Shown piece by piece: positions 53,846 to 63,110 of a DNA stretch of 64,000 nt; the first letter of the stretch is position 1, and the number at the start of each line of letters is the position of its first letter. Origin of the DNA: an uncultured Acidobacteriota bacterium (GTDB lineage Bacteria > Acidobacteriota > Thermoanaerobaculia > Gp7-AA8). The notes under the pieces were generated by a model that searched no databases, was not told where the DNA came from, and saw only the letters and a list, made by a program, of their open reading frames with translations. Both the position numbers and the translations under genes were made by a program. The stretch is taken from contig CAWGHO010000002.1 of assembly GCA_963822445.1 (NCBI GenBank), forward strand, positions 96,001 to 160,000. The letters run 5' to 3'.

Positions 53846-55546
53846 CTACCGAAGCCGCTCGATCTCCGCGGTGATCGCCCGCGCCTCGTCCCCTACCGAC
53901 GTCAGCTTCCCCGCGAAGCGGTCGATCTTCTCCGATTCGGCGGCGTAGAAGCGCTGGTAGGGCTCGAAGGCGCTGGTGATGCTGCGGAGCATGCGGTCGA
54001 TCTCCGTCGTCGATTCGCGGTTCAGCGCTTCGCCGAGTTGCGCGCGGAGCTCTTCGATGCGGCGGCGGAACTCCTCCTTCGCCTTCGAGCGCTTGTACGG
54101 GAGGATCAGGAAGCTCGTGACCAGGAGCATCGTCGCGGCGGTGAGGCCGGTGACGTCGACGGCCGTGCTGCTGACGGCGGTGGTCAACAGGTAGCCGAGG
54201 CCGAGGGCTCCGGCGCCGAGGCCGAAGCTGTGGAGGACGGCGCGCATGGCGTGCTCGATGATCCGGCGCGACTCCACGTTCACGTCGTACGACGACAGGC
54301 GCTGCTCGGCGTTCGTGCGCATGCGCGCGTAAACCTCTTCGCGGTTGTACGCGAACTCGCGGCCCACGCGGCCGATGATCTCCTCGTTGCGCGCGTCCGC
54401 TTCCGCGCGGCGGTGGAACTGGTCGACGGTCGTGTTCCAGAGCTTCATGTTCTCCTTGACCAGCCAGTCCACCGCCTCCTGGATGGTCGTGTCGATGTTC
54501 CCCTTCCAGCCCTGGAAGACCTGGCGCTCGAACTCCTCGCGGAAGCGCAGCGCGTTGCGCAGCAGCATCACGTGCTGGATGCGCACGTAGTTGTCGAGGA
54601 AATCGAGGCCGCGGCGCTCCAGGTCCATCATCAGGTTGTCGATGCGCACCACGAACTGGCGGAAGTTGCCTTCCAGATCGGCGCGGGCCTTTTCCAGCTG
54701 CGCTTCGATCGATTCGATGCGGGCCTTGTCCGAGGCCAGAACCTCGCGGCGCGACTCGATCATCACAAACTGCTTCTTCGACAGGCTCAGCACCGTCTCC
54801 AGCGGCGCGGAGAGCTTGATGCGGACGCGCTCCTTCTCCGAGAGCACCTTGAAGATGTAGTTCTCCAGCGCGTCGAAGCGGGCCATCGTTTTCGTCGAGA
54901 CCGGAAAGATCAGCGCGTCGAAGCCGAAGATCGAGCGGACGTTCGACTTCAGGTAGTTGACCACCTGCACGATCTCGTCCTCCGTCTTCGTGTCGATCTT
55001 GTTGAGGACGAAGACGACTTTCTTCCCCCACTCGCGGATGTATTCGAGGAACTTGCGCTCCGATTCGGACAGCGGGCGATCGATCGACGTCACGAACAGC
55101 ACCAGATCCGCCCGCGGAATGTAATCCTCGGTGATCTCCTGATGCCGCTGCACGATCGAGTTCGTTCCCGGCGTGTCGACGAGGGTGATGTTGCGCAGGA
55201 ACTCGACCGGATAGAACTGCTCGACCACGTAGTCGGTGAGCTGCCGCTGCGAGGGCTGATCGGCGAAGCGGAGGATGGAGATGACATCGTCGACCGGGAT
55301 GGGCCCTTCCACACGCAGCTTCGCGCCGAAGAGGGCATTGATCAGCGAGGATTTGCCGGCGTTGAACTCGCCGACGATGACGATGGTGAAAAGATCTTCG
55401 AGCGTCGCCAGGAGCTCGTCGACGCGGCGGCGCTCGTCGGCCTGCTCGCGGTCGAGCGTTTCCCGCAGCTCGACCAGCAACCGTTGCTCGCGGCGGAGCA
55501 GTGTCTGGACCTTCGCGTCGACGACCGTGTCGAAAATGCCGGGCAT
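53846..55546 (-). CDS. Bacterial dynamin-like protein
   Basis: G1 GEFNAGKS, G3 DTPG, G4 NKID, coiled coils and a hydrophobic paddle. Confidence 0.9.
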   Translation of the reverse strand: MPGIFDTVVDAKVQTLLRREQRLLVELRETLDREQADERRRVDELLATLEDLFTIVIVGEFNAGKSSLINALFGAKLRVEGPIPVDDVISILRFADQPSQRQLTDYVVEQFYPVEFLRNITLVDTPGTNSIVQRHQEITEDYIPRADLVLFVTSIDRPLSESERKFLEYIREWGKKVVFVLNKIDTKTEDEIVQVVNYLKSNVRSIFGFDALIFPVSTKTMARFDALENYIFKVLSEKERVRIKLSAPLETVLSLSKKQFVMIESRREVLASDKARIESIEAQLEKARADLEGNFRQFVVRIDNLMMDLERRGLDFLDNYVRIQHVMLLRNALRFREEFERQVFQGWKGNIDTTIQEAVDWLVKENMKLWNTTVDQFHRRAEADARNEEIIGRVGREFAYNREEVYARMRTNAEQRLSSYDVNVESRRIIEHAMRAVLHSFGLGAGALGLGYLLTTAVSSTAVDVTGLTAATMLLVTSFLILPYKRSKAKEEFRRRIEELRAQLGEALNRESTTEIDRMLRSITSAFEPYQRFYAAESEKIDRFAGKLTSVGDEARAITAEIERLR

Positions 55547-55551
55547 CTGAC

Positions 55552-56001
55552 TCAGCGTTGGTTGCGCGCGCGCGTGCGGGCTGCTTTTTTCGCGGAGGCG
55601 GAGCGGGAGCTGGCGCTCCGTTTCTTCGCGACCTTACGCGCGTGCGCGGCGAGCGCGTTCTTCGACGCGGCCTTGTGGCTCTCGCGTTTCAGCTCGCCTC
55701 GCGTCGCGCGGGAGCGTTTCGCGGACGGCTTCTTTTTCGACGAGGCACGCTTCAAATCCCTCTTCGCCTGCTTGCGCGTGGCGGACGAGGCTTCGCCCTT
55801 CTCCGGAGGCGGGAGCTTCACGCCGGCGCGGCGGGCCTTCGACAGGCCGATGGCGATGGCCTGCTCCGTCGAGCGCGCGCCGTGCTTGCCCTCGCGGATG
55901 TGCTCGATCTCCTCGCGCACGAACTCGCCGGCCTGGGTCGACGGAGCTTTGCCCTCTCGCTTGTCCTTCCTGGCTCGTTTCAGCGTTTCTTTCTCGGGCA
56001 T
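55552..56001 (-). CDS. DUF6496-like basic histone-like protein
   Basis: PSTQAGEFVREE, QAIAIGLSKARRAGV, Lys/Arg/Ala-rich tail. Confidence 0.85.
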   Translation of the reverse strand: MPEKETLKRARKDKREGKAPSTQAGEFVREEIEHIREGKHGARSTEQAIAIGLSKARRAGVKLPPPEKGEASSATRKQAKRDLKRASSKKKPSAKRSRATRGELKRESHKAASKNALAAHARKVAKKRSASSRSASAKKAARTRARNQR

Positions 56002-56016
56002 AGTGCTGGCGGACGC

Positions 56017-56032
56017 TGCAAATCACGATCCT
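56017..56032 (-). promoter_or_regulatory. Possible sigma54 -24/-12 element
   Basis: AGGATCGTGATTTGCA (GG-N10-GC with TTGC) just upstream of the DUF6496-like gene; weak -24 match. Confidence 0.3.
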
Positions 56033-56916
56033 GCACGCGGCACTCGCACCACCAGCGACTGCGGCACGGTCGTGAGGACCAGCGGCGTCGACATCGTGAA
56101 CACTTCGCCGTCGACGCCTACCTTGAGGTGCTTCCGCGACGACTGCACGCGCATGCGCAGCGTGCGAAAGGAGCGAAAGCCGGGAATGGTCCGCACGCGG
56201 CCGGCCAGATAGCGCGACACGTAGCGCGTCAGCACCCAGCGCGAGACGTGCTCGAGCCAGTACACGGACAGCCGCCCTTCCGACATCCGCTCGCGCGGCG
56301 CTTCGATCCCGACCCGCTCCAGGTCATACGAGTTGTTCGAGACCATGAAGACGTGGGTGCGCAGCACCTCGTGGCGGCCGTCGGCTTCGACGGTGATGTT
56401 CACGTGCGGATACCTTCGCAGCGTGGTGTAAATCGCGAAGAGCCTCGCCTTCCAGCGGGGGTAATCGCGTCCGCGCTCCTCGCGAAGCGACACCACCTCC
56501 GGGTACAGGCCGATGGAGACGTTGTTGACGAAGTAGCGATCGTTGATGCGGGCCGTGTCGATCTGGCGCCGCTCCCCTTTCAGCGCGACCTCGAGCGCTT
56601 CCCGCCAATCCAGGGGGATCCCGACGTCGCGCGCGAAATGGTTGTAGGTGCCGTTGGGAATGACCGCGAGTTCGGCGCCGGTGTTCACCAGGGCCTGCAT
56701 GACGTGGTGAACCGTTCCGTCGCCGCCGGTGGCGATGAACAGATTCGTGCCGCGGGCGACCCGCTCGCGGACGATCTGGGCGCAGTCGATTTCATCGGAA
56801 AGGTCGACGACCTCCACGTCCGATTCCCTCACCGCGGCGAGGAACGCCTCGACCTCCTCCGGAGGGAGCTTCACGCCCGAGGAACGGTTCAGAAACAGTG
56901 TGGCTTTCTTGGGCAA
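56023..56916 (-). CDS. Diacylglycerol/lipid kinase family protein (YegS-like)
   Basis: GGDGT, IPNGTYNHFA, FVNNVSIG, DGE. Start uncertain (TTG 56916 chosen). Confidence 0.88.
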   Translation of the reverse strand: MPKKATLFLNRSSGVKLPPEEVEAFLAAVRESDVEVVDLSDEIDCAQIVRERVARGTNLFIATGGDGTVHHVMQALVNTGAELAVIPNGTYNHFARDVGIPLDWREALEVALKGERRQIDTARINDRYFVNNVSIGLYPEVVSLREERGRDYPRWKARLFAIYTTLRRYPHVNITVEADGRHEVLRTHVFMVSNNSYDLERVGIEAPRERMSEGRLSVYWLEHVSRWVLTRYVSRYLAGRVRTIPGFRSFRTLRMRVQSSRKHLKVGVDGEVFTMSTPLVLTTVPQSLVVRVPRAGS

Positions 56917-56956
56917 TATCCGGCCTGCGGCGAGGCGTTCAACGCGGGGTAATCCC

Positions 56957-59770
56957 ATGAAAAAGCTCGCCTTCGCTGCTCTCATCCTGCAAGTTCTCGT
57001 CCTCCCGCTCGCCGCGGCGGAACCCACGCTTTCCGTCGGCATCACCGGCACGGACGGCACGGACGTTCCCGTCCTTGCCCGCGTGGCGGAAAGCGATCTC
57101 GCAACGTTCGCCCCGGCTCGCGCACAGAGTCTGACGGTGATCGTCTCCTACGACGTCGACACGACCACCGATGCGCTGCTCGACATCGAACAGCACACCA
57201 AGACGATCATCGCCTGGGCCCAGAAGCACGGCCCGTTCGACGGCCTCGGCGTCTCGGTGTCGAACGCCAACGCCGAGCTGACCGCGTTCGCGATCAAGCG
57301 GCTGGCCGTCACGGCGCAGGGGCTGAACGTCGCGAACCGGATCGTGATCGACAGGAGCGAAAACGCGACCGAGGCGATGGCTTACTTCGACGCGGTGGTC
57401 GTGAATGCGGCCGATGTCGAACAGACCGCGGTGTGGCTGGCCGAGCGCGATCCGTCGAAGAAGATCTACGCGGTCGTCGACGTCACCTCTCCCAACGCCC
57501 TGTTCGACCTTGCATCGGCGCTCGCCAAAGGCGCAGCGCGTGCCTACGCGACAACCGCCGTCGACATCCCCTCGCTCGCGGCATTCAACAAGACCATGGC
57601 CAGCGACTGGGCGTATGACGCGACGGCGAAGACGACCGTGCTCGATGCAAAAGGCGCCGCTGTCGAGATGCCGGTGCTCAGCTTCGTCCGCGGCGAAGAC
57701 CTGCGCACGATGCTCATTCCGCGAGGCGAGACCGGCGCGGCGTCGATCCTCTCGCTGCCGGACGACCGCTTCACCAAACCGCGTCGCGTCGATGCATCGG
57801 GCGAAAAAGACGTCACCGACACCGGCCAGCGCGGCGGGCGACTGCTGGTCGGCACGCCCGTGCCGAAGCAGCCGTACGCGGTGCTCGTCGACTATCGCGA
57901 GCGCCCCACCGGCAACGTCACCAAGGAAAGCATCAACATCGCCACCGAGCGGGGGATCGCCGTCGAAGAGATCATCCGCAATCACCAGGCGTACGACGCC
58001 TACCAGGAATCGATTCAGCCGCGATACGTGGCGCGCAACACCACCAAGCTCCGCTTCGAGATCGGCGGCGGCGCGGAAGCGCTGGAAGCGGCCATCTCCG
58101 GCGACTACTTCTCCGATCCCGACGGCCGCGCGGACTGGGTGTGGCAGGACTTCTTCATCAACGGCGTGCGCTGGAAGTACGGCCGCATCCCCGAGCTGCC
58201 GCTGATTCAGCCCGAGAAGGTCACCCAGCTTCCGCTCGATATCCATCTCTCGAACGAATACCGCTACGAGCTGGTGCGGCAGACGGACATGCTCGGTTAC
58301 CGCACGTACGAGGTGCGCTTCGAGCCGCCGCCGAACGCGCCGACGGAACTGCCGCTGTACCGCGGCACGGTCTGGATCGACGCGAAGACCTGGGCGCGCG
58401 TGCGCATCAAGATGGTGCAGCTCAACCTCGAGGGGGAGGTGCTGTCGAACGAGGAGCGCGTCGATTTCGCCGCGTTCGCGCGTGACACGAAAGCGCCGCT
58501 GACTGCCGCCGAGGTTGCGAACGCCGATCCTCGCGCGCTGTACTGGCTTCCGTTCGAAGTGGCCGCGCAACAGGTGATTTCCGCGGCAGGCCGCGCCAGC
58601 GTGGTGCAGCGGGCCACGACCTTCGACAACTTCCGCATCGAGCCTGCCGAGTACGAAACGCTGCTCGCGCAGGTATCAGGGTCGGACGCGCGCATGGTCC
58701 GCGAGACCCAGGCTGGGCTCCGCTATCTGGAAAAGAAGCCGGACGGTACGCGAGTGGTGAAGGAAGGGTTCGACACCGCGCAGCTCTTCATGGTCGGCGG
58801 CATCCATCACGACGCCGGTCTCGATTTTCCCGTCGTTCCCCTCGGCGGCATCGACTACTTCAATTTCGACCTCTTCGGCAAAGGCATCCAGACGAACGTC
58901 TTCTTCGCCGGTGTGGTCGTGGCCGCGAACGCGACGCATCCGAACGTCGGCAACACGCGCACGAACGTCGGCGTCGACTTCTTCGGCATTGCCGTTCCGT
59001 TCACGAACACGATGCATCGCCCTGGCGTAGACGGTTTCGAGGAGAGGCTCGACGAAAACGTGAAGGCGTTGCCGCTCGGCCTGACGCTTCGCGCCGGCCA
59101 TCCCTTCCTGCAGTTCGGCAAGATCGACGTGAACCTCGGCATCTCGCACATCACCTACCAGCGCGCCGAAGACACGGCGCCGAATTTCGAGGTGCCGTCG
59201 GATACGTTCATCCTCAGCCCGTCGATCAACGCGCAGTACTCGCGCCGCGGCTACACCATCTCCGGCTTCTACGACTTCAACCGCCGGACGACGTGGGAGC
59301 CGTGGGGCAATCTCGCGGAGTTCAATCCCGATCAGAAGTCCTTCACCCGCTTCGGCGGATCGATCGGGAAGAGCTTCTTCCTGCCGAAGTTCCAGCGCAT
59401 CGGCATCGACATCAATTACCTCGACGGCAAACGCCTCGACCGCTTCTCGAAGTACGAGCTCGGGTTCTTCGGCTCCCAGCGCGTGCACGGCGTGAAATCC
59501 GGCTCGGTGCGCGCCGAGCGCGCGATCCTCGGCCATCTGTCGTACGGGTTCGTCTTCTCCGAGCAGTTCCGCCTCGAGATGTTTTACGACCACGCCCTGC
59601 TCGACGACGCGAACGCCGGGTACAAGGGGGAGCCGTTCCAGGGTGTCGGGATCGCGGGACAGACCGTCGGGCCGTACGGGACGCTGCTGCGGCTGGACAT
59701 CGGCAAGACCATCGGGCGGAACGCGCAGGATGGGTTCGTGGCGAACGTGGTGTTTTTGAAGTTGTTCTAG
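56957..59770 (+). CDS. Large outer membrane protein (periplasmic domains + C-terminal beta-barrel)
   Basis: Signal peptide MKKLAFAAL, central LYRGTVWIDAKTW (LolA/MucB-like), amphipathic strands and terminal Phe. Confidence 0.75.
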   Translation: MKKLAFAALILQVLVLPLAAAEPTLSVGITGTDGTDVPVLARVAESDLATFAPARAQSLTVIVSYDVDTTTDALLDIEQHTKTIIAWAQKHGPFDGLGVSVSNANAELTAFAIKRLAVTAQGLNVANRIVIDRSENATEAMAYFDAVVVNAADVEQTAVWLAERDPSKKIYAVVDVTSPNALFDLASALAKGAARAYATTAVDIPSLAAFNKTMASDWAYDATAKTTVLDAKGAAVEMPVLSFVRGEDLRTMLIPRGETGAASILSLPDDRFTKPRRVDASGEKDVTDTGQRGGRLLVGTPVPKQPYAVLVDYRERPTGNVTKESINIATERGIAVEEIIRNHQAYDAYQESIQPRYVARNTTKLRFEIGGGAEALEAAISGDYFSDPDGRADWVWQDFFINGVRWKYGRIPELPLIQPEKVTQLPLDIHLSNEYRYELVRQTDMLGYRTYEVRFEPPPNAPTELPLYRGTVWIDAKTWARVRIKMVQLNLEGEVLSNEERVDFAAFARDTKAPLTAAEVANADPRALYWLPFEVAAQQVISAAGRASVVQRATTFDNFRIEPAEYETLLAQVSGSDARMVRETQAGLRYLEKKPDGTRVVKEGFDTAQLFMVGGIHHDAGLDFPVVPLGGIDYFNFDLFGKGIQTNVFFAGVVVAANATHPNVGNTRTNVGVDFFGIAVPFTNTMHRPGVDGFEERLDENVKALPLGLTLRAGHPFLQFGKIDVNLGISHITYQRAEDTAPNFEVPSDTFILSPSINAQYSRRGYTISGFYDFNRRTTWEPWGNLAEFNPDQKSFTRFGGSIGKSFFLPKFQRIGIDINYLDGKRLDRFSKYELGFFGSQRVHGVKSGSVRAERAILGHLSYGFVFSEQFRLEMFYDHALLDDANAGYKGEPFQGVGIAGQTVGPYGTLLRLDIGKTIGRNAQDGFVANVVFLKLF

Positions 59771-60217
59771 CTACCTCGAATCGACGTGCCATCCGGGGTG
59801 AAGCCAGCGCCCGTCGCGTTTGACGAAGACTTCCGTCAGGGCTCCGCGGATCTTCGTCTCCGCGGTGCCGTGGGCGAAGGTCACCTCGAACGTTCCGTAG
59901 AAAACGACCGTGTCGCCCGCCCTCTGTGCCCGCGTCTCGGGAAACGAAAGAGACACAAGCCGGCCTCCGGATTTCTTGAACTCCAGCGAGGATGCGATCG
60001 CCTGGTCGCGGTTGGAAATCTCAGTGCCTCCCCAACCGATGGAGAGGAAGTCCTCGGGAAGGATGGAGCGCAGCGTTGCCTCGTCGCCGCCGAACCAAGC
60101 CCGCCAGGCGGCTTCGCGCACCGCAAGAATGTCGGGATCGATCGGCTCGACGGCGAACATCGGAACGGAGCTGATCGCGAGAAGGAGCAAGAGACCCAAG
60201 CGTGCATAGCGCATCAT
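59771..60217 (-). CDS. NTF2-like/DUF4440 exported protein
   Basis: Signal peptide and TEVFVKRDGRWL. Confidence 0.75.
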   Translation of the reverse strand: MMRYARLGLLLLLAISSVPMFAVEPIDPDILAVREAAWRAWFGGDEATLRSILPEDFLSIGWGGTEISNRDQAIASSLEFKKSGGRLVSLSFPETRAQRAGDTVVFYGTFEVTFAHGTAETKIRGALTEVFVKRDGRWLHPGWHVDSR

Positions 60218-60282
60218 TCGAAGTTTCCTTTGCCTCCATCAACACGCCCCGGCGCCGGTCCGTTCGGAAGCGACAACAAAAA

Positions 60283-60331
60283 GGCCGGCGCGACGCCGGC
60301 GGACCAGCCGGCGAGGACGCCGGCGCTCCAC
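60283..60331 (-). repeat. Dispersed copy of the RAYT-flanking REP
   Basis: Reverse complement differs by one base from the 53786-53834 copy. Confidence 0.92.
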
Positions 60332-60339
60332 GGTCAACA

Positions 60340-60367
60340 AAAAAGCCCGGCGAGCGCCGGGCTTTTT
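60340..60367. terminator. Bidirectional intrinsic terminator
   Basis: AAAAAGCCCGGC-GAGC-GCCGGGCTTTTT. Confidence 0.85.
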
Positions 60368-60392
60368 CGTTCTCCGCAAAACGAGTCGAAGG

Positions 60393-62024
60393 TCAGGGCT
60401 GGGGATTGTTGTTTTGTACGTAGAAGTCGACCGAGCCGATCTCCGTGCGCGTGCCCTGCGCGTCCACGGTGCGCGCGGTCAGGCGGTGGCGAGCGTTGGA
60501 GAGGCGGCGCGTGTCCATCGTGAACATCCAGCCCGAGGTGCGCGAGCCGGTGATGAAGGGGAAGACGTCTTCGATGTCGGTGCGCGGGAACCCGTAGGTC
60601 GCCGTTCCGACGTAGTTGCCGTCGATCACGAGCTCCACGGCGATCAGGCGCTCGGTGTTCGCCGGAATCAGCGCCCATCCGCGGAACGTGACGTCGCCGC
60701 CGACGTAGTCGAACGAGTTCGGGAACTCGATGAAGCCGGTGCCCGGAACGTCGAGACCGCCCTCGGTGCACTGGAAGGAAACGGGGAGCCCGTCGCGGTT
60801 CGGGAGATCGGCGAACGTCTGCTCGCGATCGCCGACGCGCACGGTCAGGAAGTGCGGTCCCGGGCGGACGCCCAGAAGCATGAGCGCGCCGACGTCGAGG
60901 GTGAACAGGAATCCGGCGCGCGGCGCGTCGGGGAAGTTCGGGTAGTAGCGGGCCACGTCGTAACGCGGCAGTCCGTAGCAGTTGGCGAAGCGGCCGAGGC
61001 CGTTCACGCCGCAGTCGTTGGCGGTGTTGATCCACTCCACGCCGTCGATCAGCAGCGAGGCATACGCGACGCGTCCAACGTCGCGGCGGGTGCCGAGGTC
61101 GAGGGCCCAGCCGCGGACGGCGATGAGGTGCGCCTGGGGGCGCGCCGGCGGCGAGACCAGAATCGGATCGTCATCGATGCCGTCGCAGTTCGTTCCGAAC
61201 AGGACCGCGTCGCGCTGCGGCTCGTCGATGTAACCGAAGGGCCGCAGGAACTGATCGTTGTTGATGACCTGAATCTGACGGCTGCCGATCCGCTGGGACA
61301 TGCCCTTGCGGTCCACGGCGCGGACGGTCAGCAGATGGACACCGTTCTGCACGCGGGTCGTGTCGACGTTCGCCACGTATCCGCTGTAAAGCGCACCGGT
61401 GAAATCGGGGAACGACGTGCCGACGTCAGGCCGCGGGTCGCCGTGAAGCGCGCCCTGCATGATCTGGTCGTCGATCAGGATCTCGATCCGGTCGATTCCG
61501 TCGATGTCGGCGGCCCAGCCCGAGACGGGGAAGGCGCCGGCGGCGTTGTGAATCGGGCCGGCGTTGGGGATGTCGACGAAGCCGAACGGCGCCTGGTTCA
61601 CGCTGTTATTGATGTTGATCGTGCGGCGGCCGAGCGAGGTGACGTCGCCTTTGCTCGAGTAAGCGCGCATCTCGACGGTATGAGGTCCGTTCGGGAAGCG
61701 GTTCGCCGAGAAGCCGGTGATGAACCCCGGCCGGGCCACGTGGATGCCGGGGTAGTCCGGATAGGCCTCCACGATGTCGATGCGCGGCAGGAACATGACC
61801 GCGTCGTGCTGGTACTGGTCATCGACCCAGAGCTCCATCTTCGAGAGGGAGTTCGGATCGAGAGCCCAGCCCTGGACCAGGACCATTCCGGACTGAACGC
61901 GCGTCGGATCCGGTAGCTCGAGATCGCCGACGAAGTCCTGTGCAAAGAGTGCAGGCGCCAAAAGCGCGAGCAAGGTGAGAATCAGGCCGCGGGTAACCCA
62001 TCTCCACATAACCCCAACCTCCAA
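60393..62024 (-). CDS. Secreted protein of four Ig-like GWA repeats
   Basis: Signal peptide; four units of G(F/Y)xDxP..GWA..RxD(V/I)..G..H.LTVR. Confidence 0.75.
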   Translation of the reverse strand: MEVGVMWRWVTRGLILTLLALLAPALFAQDFVGDLELPDPTRVQSGMVLVQGWALDPNSLSKMELWVDDQYQHDAVMFLPRIDIVEAYPDYPGIHVARPGFITGFSANRFPNGPHTVEMRAYSSKGDVTSLGRRTININNSVNQAPFGFVDIPNAGPIHNAAGAFPVSGWAADIDGIDRIEILIDDQIMQGALHGDPRPDVGTSFPDFTGALYSGYVANVDTTRVQNGVHLLTVRAVDRKGMSQRIGSRQIQVINNDQFLRPFGYIDEPQRDAVLFGTNCDGIDDDPILVSPPARPQAHLIAVRGWALDLGTRRDVGRVAYASLLIDGVEWINTANDCGVNGLGRFANCYGLPRYDVARYYPNFPDAPRAGFLFTLDVGALMLLGVRPGPHFLTVRVGDREQTFADLPNRDGLPVSFQCTEGGLDVPGTGFIEFPNSFDYVGGDVTFRGWALIPANTERLIAVELVIDGNYVGTATYGFPRTDIEDVFPFITGSRTSGWMFTMDTRRLSNARHRLTARTVDAQGTRTEIGSVDFYVQNNNPQP

Positions 62025-62087
62025 CCCGAGTGTGCCTAACTGTCCGGCGTAAATTTAAATAATCGACAGGAGTTTATACTACCGCGG

Positions 62088-63110
62088 GTGAGTTCGCCAA
62101 ACGTCAACGCCACAATCGACTTAGCCGACATTCGCTCTGCCGGCGCCCGCATCGGGCCCTACGTCCACCGCACCCCGCTCCTGGCCAGCCGTTCCCTGTC
62201 CGAGCGCCTCGGCGTGGAAGTGCGCCTCAAGTGCGAGAACCTCCAGCGCGCGGGCTCGTTCAAGATCCGTGGGGCGATGAACGCGCTGCTGCAGGTCGAT
62301 GAGGCCCACCGTTCTCGCGGGGTGGTGGCCTTCTCCTCCGGCAATCACGCTCAGGGTGTGGCCCTGGCGGCGCGGCTCCTGGGCATGACCGCGACGATCG
62401 TCATGCCCGAGAACTCCGTGCGGACAAAGGTCGACGCTACAAAGGCTTACGGCGCGACGGTCGTCCAGGGCGGCGTCACCGCGGCGACGCGGGACACGGT
62501 CGCGCGCGAGATCGCCGAGAAGACCGGCGCGACCGTGATCCCCCCGTTCGACGACGAGCGGATCATCGCCGGCGCGGGCACGGTCGGGCTGGAGATCGTC
62601 GAGGAGTGGCCGGAGGTCAGCACGATCGTCGTCCCGCTGGGCGGCGGCGGGTTGTTGTCCGGGGTGGCGCTGGCGGCCGCCGGTGTGGTGCAGGCCTCCG
62701 GCCTGCCTTTGGGCGGGGGACACGAGAGGCAGGCCGGAGGCCTGCACCACACCCGGATCGATGTCTACGGCGTCGAGCCGGCCGCCGGCAACGACGGCGA
62801 GCAATCCTTCAAAACCGGCAAAATCGTCAACATCGATCCTCCCAACACCATCGCCGACGGCGCCCGGACCCTGGCCATCGGCACCCGGAACTTCGCCGTG
62901 ATCCGGGAGCACGTCCGGGACGTGGTCAGCGTCGACGACGACGTCCTCCTCGAAACCGTGAAGTGGACGATGTACCGCACCAAGATGGTCATCGAGCCGA
63001 CCGGTGCGCTGGGTGTCGCGGCGCTGATCGACGGAAAGATCAAGCCGCGAGGCCCCGTGGCGATCGTGATCAGCGGCGGGAACCTCGACTTCTCGCTCCT
63101 CTGCCGATGA
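62088..63110 (+). CDS. Threonine/serine dehydratase (PLP, serine racemase family)
   Basis: KCENLQRAGSFKIRGA, SSGNHAQG, GGGGL, TIADG, SGGN. Confidence 0.93.
   Translation: MSSPNVNATIDLADIRSAGARIGPYVHRTPLLASRSLSERLGVEVRLKCENLQRAGSFKIRGAMNALLQVDEAHRSRGVVAFSSGNHAQGVALAARLLGMTATIVMPENSVRTKVDATKAYGATVVQGGVTAATRDTVAREIAEKTGATVIPPFDDERIIAGAGTVGLEIVEEWPEVSTIVVPLGGGGLLSGVALAAAGVVQASGLPLGGGHERQAGGLHHTRIDVYGVEPAAGNDGEQSFKTGKIVNIDPPNTIADGARTLAIGTRNFAVIREHVRDVVSVDDDVLLETVKWTMYRTKMVIEPTGALGVAALIDGKIKPRGPVAIVISGGNLDFSLLCR
62682..62753. repeat. REP doublet inserted in frame in the dehydratase gene
   Basis: Perfect 27-bp arms GGTGTGGTGCAGGCCTCCGGCCTGCCT and its reverse complement, 18-nt spacer, 72 nt total. 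Confidence 0.93.

Noticed and set aside
53846-55546. Dynamin as part of an anti-phage defence island
   Set aside because: No neighbouring defence genes; the context is housekeeping and stress-related.
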